Shown piece after piece: positions 48,314 through 56,754 of a DNA stretch of 64,000 nt (its first letter is position 1; each line of letters starts with the position of its first letter). The stretch comes from Minisyncoccota bacterium (GTDB lineage: Bacteria > Patescibacteriota > Minisyncoccia > Phycocordibacterales > Phycocordibacteraceae): contig DASPLI010000001.1 in the NCBI GenBank assembly GCA_035627655.1, positions 259,355 through 323,354 on the forward strand, given 5' to 3'. The notes below the pieces were generated by a model. That model worked only from the letters and a program-made list of their open reading frames with translations, was not told where the DNA came from and made no database searches. A program made the position numbers and the translations under genes.

Positions 48314-49689
48314 CGACTTACGGAGGAGCCGAGACAGTCACCGGCTCCAACTTTCTTGTCGAAGGAAGTCACGGCAAGGTGTTGGTTGATTGCGGTATTG
48401 AACAGGGGAAAGAGTATGCGGAGCGGCGAGCGTATGAGCCGTTTCCCTACGATGTCTCATCTATCGACGCGCTTGTGATTACGCACGCGCACCTTGATCA
48501 TGTCGGGCGTGCGCCGCGACTCGTGCGCGAGGGATTTCGCGGCAAAGTGTACATGACCGCGCCAACGCGCGATCTTACCGCTGCCATTCTTCATGACAGC
48601 ATTGCAATTCTTGCAGATAACGCTCGCAAGCATAACCTTCCGGTGCTCTATGAAGCGCATGACGTAGAAACCTTGCTCTCGCATATCGTGGTCGTGCCGT
48701 ATCGCAAGGAGACGGAAATAGCGCCAGGACTGACGATGCTTCTTCGCGACACCGGGCACATTCTTGGATCAGCGAGTGTTCGCTTGCGTGACGAGGATGG
48801 GAGTACGCTTGCTATCACGAGCGACATCGGCAATTCGCCTGCGCTCCTCCTGCCGGATGCAGAGCCGGTAACTGATGCGAGCGTCGTGCTCATGGAGAGT
48901 GTGTACGGAGACCGGGAGAACCCGGAGAAGGCGCATCGGGAAGAGAAGCTTCGAGATACACTCAAGGCTGCGATTGCGCGCGGCGGCACCATTCTCATGC
49001 CAGCGTTCTCCATAGAGCGCACGCAGCTCATGCTCTACGAGATTTCGCGCATGTTTACGGAAGGCCAGCTGCCGAAAGTTCCGGTCTTTCTGGACTCGCC
49101 GCTTGCGATTTCCGTTACCGATATCTATCGATCGTGGGGAGGGGAGTATTTCAATACTGAGGCGAAAAACGAAATGCATGCCCATGACCTGTTCTCGTTT
49201 CCGTTTCTGCATATGACGCGTTCGCGCGAAGAATCGCAAACCATCGGCCACGAGCCGGATCCAAAGATCATCATCGCGGGGGCGGGCATGAGCCACGGCG
49301 GTCGGATAGGGAGGTGGGAAGTGCGCTACCTGCCCGACCCAAAGACGACGCTCATTTTGGTTGGGTACCAGGCGCCGGGAAGTCCGGGACGCATGATGCA
49401 GGATGGGGCGAAGAAGGTACGAATTGACGGCAAGGAGGTAAAGATCCGAGCGACAATTGAAACCCTGCACGGATGGTCTGGACACGCAGACCGTGACGGA
49501 CTCCTCCGGTTTGCCGAAGCGTGTACGGGCGCGAAAGCATTCATTGTCGGAATAGGGGAGCCGTCCTCTGCCCGGTTTCTCGCCCAAAGAATCCATGATT
49601 TTGTAGGAAAAAAGGCCGTAGTTCCCGTCTCTGGCGAGACGTTCGAGATCACCCCGGCCGGTCTGGTTCGAGGAGAGTTCCGTGCTTGA
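48298..49689 (+). CDS. MBL-fold beta-CASP RNA-processing hydrolase
   Basis: VTGS, THAHLDHVG, GHILGS, MESVYG, GYQAPG, SGHAD. Confidence 0.93.
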   Translation: MALRLTTYGGAETVTGSNFLVEGSHGKVLVDCGIEQGKEYAERRAYEPFPYDVSSIDALVITHAHLDHVGRAPRLVREGFRGKVYMTAPTRDLTAAILHDSIAILADNARKHNLPVLYEAHDVETLLSHIVVVPYRKETEIAPGLTMLLRDTGHILGSASVRLRDEDGSTLAITSDIGNSPALLLPDAEPVTDASVVLMESVYGDRENPEKAHREEKLRDTLKAAIARGGTILMPAFSIERTQLMLYEISRMFTEGQLPKVPVFLDSPLAISVTDIYRSWGGEYFNTEAKNEMHAHDLFSFPFLHMTRSREESQTIGHEPDPKIIIAGAGMSHGGRIGRWEVRYLPDPKTTLILVGYQAPGSPGRMMQDGAKKVRIDGKEVKIRATIETLHGWSGHADRDGLLRFAEACTGAKAFIVGIGEPSSARFLAQRIHDFVGKKAVVPVSGETFEITPAGLVRGEFRA

Positions 49690-49729
49690 CAGCCTCTTCC
49701 CTATCAGTTAGTGTAGATTATACACTAAC
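49686..49729 (+). promoter_or_regulatory. pnuC promoter with overlapping predicted NrtR operator
   Basis: TTGACA(49686)-N17-TAGTGT; perfect inverted repeat GTTAGTGTA-GATTA-TACACTAAC at 49707-49729. Confidence 0.85.
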
Positions 49730-49740
49730 AAATAAGGCTT

Positions 49741-50436
49741 ATGACTATCCGCGCACTTCTGGGAACCAAGCACGATGTCCTCGAGCAGACCTATGTTGCC
49801 CTTGCCATGCTCGTGGTGACGTTTCTCTACGAGGGCATCACCGCTTACGCCATTCCTGGCTTTACGTTCAACATCTATGAAGCAGTCGGTACCTGGACAG
49901 GTCTCGTCTGTGTCTGGCTTTCACGGACGCGTAACATCCTGTGCTGGCCGTGGGGGATTGTGAGTGCGCTCTCGCTCGGGTTCTTCTTCTCCCAGATTGG
50001 TCTTCCTGGGCAGCAGTGGCTCAACTGGGTCTACTTCATGATCATTCAGCTGTGGGCATGGCCGCACTGGGCCTTTGGCGGAGCGGATAAGACCGAACTT
50101 CCGGTAACAGAGCTCTCCTGGAAAGGGAAGGTGCTGACAGTTCTCGCGATCCTCGCTGGTACCGCACTCGTCTACTACGCGATCGGCTACTTTGCGCCAG
50201 GTTCCTTCCATCCGCTGCTCGACGCTCTGGTCGTCGCCTCAAGCGTGGTTGCGCAGTACCTGCTTGGTAAGAAGAAGGTGGAGAGTTGGATTCTCTGGCT
50301 GGGACCGGTGAACCTGGTTTCGATCGTGCTCTTTGCGATGGCAGGCGCGTATACAGTTGCCGCCCTCTACCTCGCATTCTTTATCCATGCGATCTTCGCG
50401 CTTGGTGCGTGGACGAAGGCGAAGAGCCATGTATAA
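49741..50436 (+). CDS. pnuC: Nicotinamide riboside transporter PnuC
   Basis: Multi-TM; CVWL, WPWGI, AQYLL.KKKVESWILW; coupled to nadR. Confidence 0.88.
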   Translation: MTIRALLGTKHDVLEQTYVALAMLVVTFLYEGITAYAIPGFTFNIYEAVGTWTGLVCVWLSRTRNILCWPWGIVSALSLGFFFSQIGLPGQQWLNWVYFMIIQLWAWPHWAFGGADKTELPVTELSWKGKVLTVLAILAGTALVYYAIGYFAPGSFHPLLDALVVASSVVAQYLLGKKKVESWILWLGPVNLVSIVLFAMAGAYTVAALYLAFFIHAIFALGAWTKAKSHV

Positions 50437-51400
50437 GCGCGGCCTCGTCATCGGCAAGTTCTATCCGCCGCATCGCGGGCATAAGTACCTTATCGATACC
50501 GCAGTCTCAAAGTGTGAGACGGTCACCGTCATCGTCTGCTGGAAGAAGAACGAGGTAATTCCAGGACCGCTTCGTGCCGACTGGATCCGAAAGATTCACC
50601 CGGGCGTCGAGGTGAAGGTAGTCGTCGACGACCATCTGTCCGATGACGACTCCAAGGGATGGGCGGAGGAGACTATTAAAGTGCTTGGGTATGTACCAGA
50701 CGCGGTGTTTACGTCAGAAGCGTATGGAGACCCCTACGCTTCCTATATGGGTTGCGTGCATGTGCTCGTTGATAAAGAGCGAGCAACCGTTCCCATCTCC
50801 GGCACGATGGTGCGAAGCGACCCGCAGCGCCATGGAGCGTTTCTCGAGCCGATCGTCCGTGCGTATTTCGCTAAGCGCGTCTGCGTACTTGGTGCAGAAT
50901 CAACCGGCACCACAACGCTTGCTCGCGCGCTTGCCGAGCACTACAAGACCGTTTGGGTGCCCGAATACGGGCGCTTCTACTCGGAAGGGAAGTTGTATGG
51001 CGGGGAAGAGGCTGCGTGGCGGAGCGAAGAGTTTACGGCCATTGCCGAAGCTCAGTGCGCACTTGAGGATTCGCTTGCAGAGGCAAGCACTGGCCTGGTG
51101 ATCTGCGATACGGACGCCTTTGCCACCAGTCTCTGGCACGAGCGGTATATGGGCACCCGCTCTCCTGCAGTCGAGGAGATCGCAGCCAAGCGGCAGTACG
51201 ACCTCTACCTTCTCACAGGGGATGAGATTCCATTTGAACAAGATGGAACCCGAGACGGGGAGCACATTCGCCACGACATGCATGCGCGGTTTATCGAGCG
51301 GCTCACGGAGGAGGGGAAACCGTACCTTCTAGTAACAGGAAGTAGGGAAGAGCGGCTTGCAGCAGCAGTTGCGGCGATAGATAAACTCCGAGCGGGCTAG
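50429..51400 (+). CDS. nadR: NadR-type NMN adenylyltransferase / ribosylnicotinamide kinase (no HTH)
   Basis: GKFYPPHRGH, ISGTMVR, GAESTGTTT, VPEYGR, CDTD, QDGTR. Confidence 0.88.
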   Translation: MYKRGLVIGKFYPPHRGHKYLIDTAVSKCETVTVIVCWKKNEVIPGPLRADWIRKIHPGVEVKVVVDDHLSDDDSKGWAEETIKVLGYVPDAVFTSEAYGDPYASYMGCVHVLVDKERATVPISGTMVRSDPQRHGAFLEPIVRAYFAKRVCVLGAESTGTTTLARALAEHYKTVWVPEYGRFYSEGKLYGGEEAAWRSEEFTAIAEAQCALEDSLAEASTGLVICDTDAFATSLWHERYMGTRSPAVEEIAAKRQYDLYLLTGDEIPFEQDGTRDGEHIRHDMHARFIERLTEEGKPYLLVTGSREERLAAAVAAIDKLRAG

Positions 51401-51409
51401 TGCTACTAT

Positions 51410-51634
51410 GTGCAGATGTTTGGCATCTTCAAAGGGCTCGATACCTTCCAGGGGGAGGATGAACATAAGAAACGTGTCGCCCGATCAACGCTGGGGGAGG
51501 CGGATGAGATTCTCCGCCGGGCCATTGCGGCAGGAGATCGCGGCGCAACCCTGACCCAACTCGAACGCGATATTCTCAAACATCATCACGGCGACGTGTT
51601 TGAAGAGGGCGGAGAAGGGAACAAGGCAGCATAA
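51410..51634 (+). CDS. Hypothetical protein
   Basis: Short ORF before a bidirectional terminator. Confidence 0.45.
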   Translation: MQMFGIFKGLDTFQGEDEHKKRVARSTLGEADEILRRAIAAGDRGATLTQLERDILKHHHGDVFEEGGEGNKAA

Positions 51635-51663
51635 CGAAAAAGGCCCCGTACGGGGCCTTTTCG

Positions 51664-52011
51664 CTAACCAACCTTGTCTGTGATCCGCTTGAAGACGGTG
51701 GGGTGCTTGGCGGCAACGGTTGCGAGAACCTTGCGATCAAGTACGACGCCCTGCTTCTTTAGCTTTGATACAAACGTGCTGTAGGACTTCTGTCCGTTCT
51801 CGCGGACCGCAGCGTTGAGGCGGACGATCCAGAGCTGGCGGAAGTCGTTCTTCTTATCGCGGCGGTGCGCAAAGGCATTGCGGCCTGCATGCACGAGCGA
51901 CTCCTTTGCGGCACGCTCCTTCTTCGAGCGGCCGTGGCGGTAGCCCTTGGCGCGCTTGAGCACGTTGCGGCGGCGCTTCAACGATATAACTCCTCCTTTG
52001 ACGCGTGGCAT
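51664..52011 (-). CDS. rplT: 50S ribosomal protein bL20
   Basis: MPRVKGG, AKGY, FRQLWIVRLNAA, LDRKVLA. Confidence 0.98.
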   Translation of the reverse strand: MPRVKGGVISLKRRRNVLKRAKGYRHGRSKKERAAKESLVHAGRNAFAHRRDKKNDFRQLWIVRLNAAVRENGQKSYSTFVSKLKKQGVVLDRKVLATVAAKHPTVFKRITDKVG

Positions 52012-52022
52012 ATGAAATTAGA

Positions 52023-52208
52023 TTACTTGCCCGGAAGGAAACGGCGGGTAAGGCGCTTGTTGAGCGTAAGGCTAACCGAGCGCTTCTTGGCGCCCTTCGT
52101 CCTGCCGCGTTCCTTGGCATTGAAATGGTCCTGACCCGACTTGCGAGCGATAAGCTTGCCGTTTCGGGTGACGCGGATCCTCTTGCTGAATGACTTATTG
52201 GTTTTCAT
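52023..52208 (-). CDS. rpmI: 50S ribosomal protein bL35
   Basis: MKTNKSFSKRIRVTRNGK; synteny. Confidence 0.93.
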   Translation of the reverse strand: MKTNKSFSKRIRVTRNGKLIARKSGQDHFNAKERGRTKGAKKRSVSLTLNKRLTRRFLPGK

Positions 52209-52749
52209 CGGTGTGTGTCGGTTTCTTCGCGGCCGCGGCATCACGCTCGATGATTCCGGCAAATCCCTTAGGAGACTTGGTAACCGGTTCGGCGATCTTG
52301 TACGCGTACGGTATGAGGAGCAGGAACTTCTCGAGCCGCTGCTTTAGGAAGGCTTCGTCCATGCCCTTGTAGCGCCCCTTGAGGAATAGCTCGGCACGCA
52401 CCCGATGCCCTTCGGCAAGCCATTCGGCCGCCTTTTTGGCTTTGAGGCGCATGTCGTTCTCCCCGGTGCCTACCTTGATCTGGACCTCCTTGGTCTCAGA
52501 AACCTTGGCTTTAGCCCTAGCAGCCCGTTCTTTCTTGCTTCGCTCGTACTCGAATTTACCATAATCAGCCACTTTAGCAACGGGCGGGACAGCATTCGGA
52601 GAAATCTCAATGAGGTCAAGCCCCTTATCCTGGGCGATTTTAAGGGCCTCATCAAAGGAAATGACTCCGAGGTTCTCTCCCTCAGAGCCAATAACGCGCA
52701 ACTCGGTTGCGCGGATCTCTCGATTGATACGGGTCTTATCAGTAGTCAA
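52195..52749 (-). CDS. infC: Translation initiation factor IF-3
   Basis: RINREIR, LDLIEISPNAVPPVAK, DYGKFEYE; probable TTG start at 52749. Confidence 0.95.
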   Translation of the reverse strand: MTTDKTRINREIRATELRVIGSEGENLGVISFDEALKIAQDKGLDLIEISPNAVPPVAKVADYGKFEYERSKKERAARAKAKVSETKEVQIKVGTGENDMRLKAKKAAEWLAEGHRVRAELFLKGRYKGMDEAFLKQRLEKFLLLIPYAYKIAEPVTKSPKGFAGIIERDAAAAKKPTHTDENQ

Positions 52750-52836
52750 AGCGGTGTTGTGATGGACTGTAGCACGTAAATAGGTGTGCAGCAATAACAC
52801 CTGCCCTCGAATCGAGAGCAGGTGTTTGCTTTTTCG

Positions 52837-53136
52837 TTACTGCGGAGTCGGTGGGGTGGTGGTGGCGCTTGAGGTTGCCGCCGTTACGTCCTCACGGAAC
52901 TCTTCAAGCACATCCGCAAGCTCTTCAAGCGCATCCTGGCAAGCGTCTTCGTTCATTTCAGGGCCTTCGCACTTCTTTTCAATCTCCGCACGAACATCAA
53001 TCAGGTTTTCACGACCTTCTTCAAGCACCTGGTTCAGATCCTTGTTGTTGGCGTCGTTCCACATCATGCCAAGGAGCACGAGAATAACGACGGCCAACAG
53101 GGCCGCAATAATCCATCCGGTTCGATTTTGATTCAT
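52837..53136 (-). CDS. Hypothetical membrane-anchored protein
   Basis: N-terminal TM; helical acidic domain. Confidence 0.6.
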   Translation of the reverse strand: MNQNRTGWIIAALLAVVILVLLGMMWNDANNKDLNQVLEEGRENLIDVRAEIEKKCEGPEMNEDACQDALEELADVLEEFREDVTAATSSATTTPPTPQ

Positions 53137-53258
53137 AGCTATGGTTAGTGAATAAACCTAGGATCGGTTCTACAGAATGGTGCATGAATCGGACATGAAG
53201 CATCTTTCATCATCTATGGTATTGTGCCCTCGGCTTGTTATTTGAAAGGAGCCAACCA

Positions 53259-54341
53259 ATGCCAACGGACGTAACGACTATCGTCCTGACCGGCGGCCCT
53301 TGTGGCGGGAAAACAACAGCGCTTGCACACCTTGAATGGGAACTACCGCGCCATGGCGTCCGGGTCATTACTGTCCCGGAGGCGGCACGGATGCTGATGT
53401 CTTCCGGCCTCATTCCGGCGCAGGTCGGATGGGGTGCATTTCAGGAAGCCATACTTCGTACCCAGCTTGCGCATGAGGATACGTTTCGCTCGCTTGCGTC
53501 TCGGTACGAGAGCGGGCCGACCGTCATGCTCTGCGACCGCGGAGCCATAGACAACCGGGCGTATGTTTCCGAAGAAGTGTTCCAGAATCTCTTGGACCAC
53601 GTCGGCGTGAAGCTTACGGAAGTGCGCGACAATCGCTACGACGCCGTGCTGCATCTGCTGACGGCGGCAAGTGGTGCGGAAGCGCACTATGTGCAGGACA
53701 ATGAGCGACTCGAGTCGCTCGAGGATGCGCGCCGTCTTGATCAGGCGACGCAGCATGCATGGGTCGGCCATCCGCACTTGCGGGTGATCGACAACTCAAC
53801 CGACTTTGAAGGCAAGAAGCAGCGCGTCCTTGATGAAGTGTTGCGCATTCTCGGGCTGCCCGTGCCGCTTGAGATCGAGCGTAAGTACATCATTGAACGC
53901 TGGGTCTTAAAGAAGCTTCCAGCGCATGCGCAGATGGTTGAAGTCGAGCAGTACTATCTCGACGGCAGCGGAGATGCGTATCAAGAGCGCATTCGCAGAC
54001 GCACGCAGCATGGCTGCTCCGTCTTCTATCGCACGTACAAAGTAAAAGTTGGTACCGGGGTCAATGAGGAGCGCGAATGGCGTATCACGGAAGAGGAGTT
54101 CAACCTTGAACGAGATACGCGCGCACTCACGCGGGTGTGCAAGAATCGCTGGTGCTTCCTCTATGAGCATCAGTACTTCGAGCTCGACGACTTCTCGCCG
54201 ATGGGACGCGATCTGTGCCTCATGGAGCTTGAACTAACCCACGAGCAGCAGACGCCCGTGTTTCCCGACTGGATGGGGAAGGTGATTGATGTCACCGATA
54301 ACCCGAGCTACGGGAATTACGCGCTCGCGTTTCCGGTCTAA
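53259..54341 (+). CDS. AAA_28 (NadR/Ttd14-like) P-loop kinase fused to CYTH domain
   Basis: VLTGGPCGGKTT, VPEAA, LCDRG, WVGHPH; CYTH EIERKY, FELD, ELE. Confidence 0.85.
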   Translation: MPTDVTTIVLTGGPCGGKTTALAHLEWELPRHGVRVITVPEAARMLMSSGLIPAQVGWGAFQEAILRTQLAHEDTFRSLASRYESGPTVMLCDRGAIDNRAYVSEEVFQNLLDHVGVKLTEVRDNRYDAVLHLLTAASGAEAHYVQDNERLESLEDARRLDQATQHAWVGHPHLRVIDNSTDFEGKKQRVLDEVLRILGLPVPLEIERKYIIERWVLKKLPAHAQMVEVEQYYLDGSGDAYQERIRRRTQHGCSVFYRTYKVKVGTGVNEEREWRITEEEFNLERDTRALTRVCKNRWCFLYEHQYFELDDFSPMGRDLCLMELELTHEQQTPVFPDWMGKVIDVTDNPSYGNYALAFPV

Positions 54342-54397
54342 GACTGAAGCCCGCACCGCAAAGGTGCGGGCTTTTCTTTGGGCTATACTTAAACCGA

Positions 54398-55153
54398 ATG
54401 AATATCTTCAAGAAGATCAACTCCATTACGGGAAAGTTGCCGCTTGCGGGTAATGAAGCGACGCGCGGCGTTATGCGCGAGGGCATCATCCGGGAGCCTG
54501 ATATAGAGAAGCGCATGAAGCGCATGGGGTTTGCGATGGGTTTTACGTCGGTCATGGTCATCTTCCATGCCTTTCAGGCGGATATGGGAGCTGAGAAGGG
54601 CCGCGAGCTCATGGAAGATTCGTACGAGCAGTTTCTCCAAGATGGCACGATCGATACTTCCGACCTGTCACAAGAAGCTGCAGCCGCATTCGCCTACATC
54701 TACGCGCTCGTCAATATCATGGTGGTCATTTCGCAGCTGTACGTGGCGTATCGCGCAGTCGCTGGCACTCGTTCACTGCTTGAAGAGAAGCAGCGAGCGT
54801 TTTTCGCAGAAATTGGTATTCATCCGGAGGGAAACAGCGACGTGGATACGCAGAAGTTGGTGCAGTATGTACTTGCGGCTGCTCGCGGAGATAAGCAGAA
54901 GCAGGACGTGCTCAAGATTGCGGTAGGGGAGAAGCCCATGCGACGACTGCTTGATGCGCTTACGCAGTCAGATCAGTGGGACACGCTTTCCATGTCTTAC
55001 GAAGAATTTGAAGCGATCATCGACCGTTTGTATAAGAACCAATGTCCGATCTATAACACCTACCCGCCCGGCAAGCCTCCCCGGATAGGCCTTCGCAATG
55101 CCGTAGAGCTTCTGGTTACTGGAGCTGCACAGGCCGTGATGCTCTCGATTTAG
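54398..55153 (+). CDS. Hypothetical membrane protein
   Basis: ORF with two hydrophobic segments. Confidence 0.6.
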   Translation: MNIFKKINSITGKLPLAGNEATRGVMREGIIREPDIEKRMKRMGFAMGFTSVMVIFHAFQADMGAEKGRELMEDSYEQFLQDGTIDTSDLSQEAAAAFAYIYALVNIMVVISQLYVAYRAVAGTRSLLEEKQRAFFAEIGIHPEGNSDVDTQKLVQYVLAAARGDKQKQDVLKIAVGEKPMRRLLDALTQSDQWDTLSMSYEEFEAIIDRLYKNQCPIYNTYPPGKPPRIGLRNAVELLVTGAAQAVMLSI

Positions 55154-55223
55154 TCCAATTGTCGGTTTGCCTATTTGTTGTATAGTCCGCTCACGTTCTT
55201 TCTAATTAAAGGAGGTTGTACAC

Positions 55224-55763
55224 GTGAAGAAATTCTTTACGGACATGCTCGGGGTTCTTGCCCTGGTCGCGCTCCTAAGCCCCTACCTTGCGCTTATACT
55301 CGGGCTTTCGCTCATCGCGACAGGAGCTGCGGCACTTCTTGGGGTCTCAGCTGTGGCAGGGTATTTCTCCGTCGGCGTGATTGTCTACGGAGTATTCGCG
55401 ATCTTCACGTTCGCGTATCTCGTGACATTCGCCTATCTGCAGTGCTGTGTTGGTCTGGACTCGTTCTGGAACCATCTGCGGCATCGCGGGTGGCAAGAAA
55501 CGGGTTTCGACCTGCTTGGCGCAGTGATCTGGCCGTGGGTGTGGTTTGTGTTCGATCGGAACCTTCACGCCTTCAGGCTGACTTTCGCTGATAGCGTACT
55601 CCACGTACTGCAACAGTGGTTTGTTGGTTCGTGGCGTGGCACATCGCTCACGGTCTTCAATCCGGCAACCGGCGAAACGAAGACAGTGTACGTGAAGTCC
55701 GGCGAGCAATCTTCTGCGATGATTGCAAAAGAGATCCTGCACAAGGACGAAAAGCTGCACTAG
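55224..55763 (+). CDS. Hypothetical membrane protein
   Basis: AAAGGAGG SD; GTG start; TM helices. Confidence 0.6.
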   Translation: MKKFFTDMLGVLALVALLSPYLALILGLSLIATGAAALLGVSAVAGYFSVGVIVYGVFAIFTFAYLVTFAYLQCCVGLDSFWNHLRHRGWQETGFDLLGAVIWPWVWFVFDRNLHAFRLTFADSVLHVLQQWFVGSWRGTSLTVFNPATGETKTVYVKSGEQSSAMIAKEILHKDEKLH

Positions 55764-55814
55764 CCGTATAACGGCAGAGCCGCCTCGATGAGAGGCGGCT
55801 CTTTCCTATATATA

Positions 55815-56222
55815 GGTGGAGGTGGGGAGAATTGAACTCCCGTCCGAATCCGTCTTTGAGAGCGAGTCTACGACGCGTAGTCCTGATTAGGTGCTAGGGC
55901 AGGGTGCGAGGAATCGGGACGAAACCACTCCTGCCTGATCCCGATTATCTAGGCATTCCGTTCGGGAAGACGGATGCCGATCTCGTAGAAGATTCCGCCC
56001 ATATCAACCGCTACGAGAACCGGAAGATATGAACGTCGCGAAGGCGAAAACCCGGAGGTTACGCGTAGGCGAACGCAAAGTCCTTCATACCGAAGTACGG
56101 GGACTTAACGCTTGCAAAGGTATTCTTGGCAAGTTTGGGTGTGTACGTTGGTAAAGCGGTCAGCACACCTCCGCTGCGTCGCACGTCTCTCAAAGAACAG
56201 ACCGTCAAAGCCGGTCACCCCC
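55815..56222 (-). ncRNA. ssrA: tmRNA
   Basis: 5' GGGGGTGACCGGCTTTGAC; 3' GGGAGTTCAATTCTCCCCACCTCCACC; tag ORF 56130-56059; directly downstream of smpB. Confidence 0.93.
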
Positions 56223-56265
56223 AGGAAGAAGACGATACACCGATCATCTGCTTACGGCGAGCTTC

Positions 56266-56706
56266 CTACTTTCGCTTCAGGATGCGCGCAACTTCGCGCT
56301 CCGCATCCTTCTTTTTCAGGTCTTCACGCTTGTCCGCTTTTCCTTTGCCGCGGACAACCGCGACGCGAACCTTTAGATATCTATCATTATACACCTCAAA
56401 AGGCACTATTGTCAAGCCTTTCTTCGACTCCGCATCAGCAAGTTCCGCCACTTCTTCCTTCTTAAGAAGAAGTTTTCGCGGACGCTCAGGGTCGTAGCCC
56501 TTGCCGGCGTTTGCAACCTGGTAAGGAGGGATGGTCGCGCCGATGAGATATGCCTCGCCGCCGCGCACCACAACACGCGCACCATCAAGCGATCCCTGCT
56601 TCTGGCGAAGAGACTTTGCTTCACTTCCGGTAAGCTCAATGCCCGCCGAATATGATTCGACGGTGAAAAAGCGAAGCTTGGCCTTTTTGTTCTCGAGGAG
56701 AACCAT
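56266..56706 (-). CDS. smpB: SsrA-binding protein
   Basis: ENKKA, AGIELTGSEAKSLR, RKLLL, GKGKADKRE. Confidence 0.97.
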   Translation of the reverse strand: MVLLENKKAKLRFFTVESYSAGIELTGSEAKSLRQKQGSLDGARVVVRGGEAYLIGATIPPYQVANAGKGYDPERPRKLLLKKEEVAELADAESKKGLTIVPFEVYNDRYLKVRVAVVRGKGKADKREDLKKKDAEREVARILKRK

Positions 56707-56754
56707 AATTCGCATTGTCCTACAGGAGCCTCCTACTGTATAGTGCTTGTATCT

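Noticed and set aside
49690-49740. NAD riboswitch upstream of pnuC
   Set aside because: The leader is only ~20 nt after the promoter; the palindrome is better explained as a protein operator.
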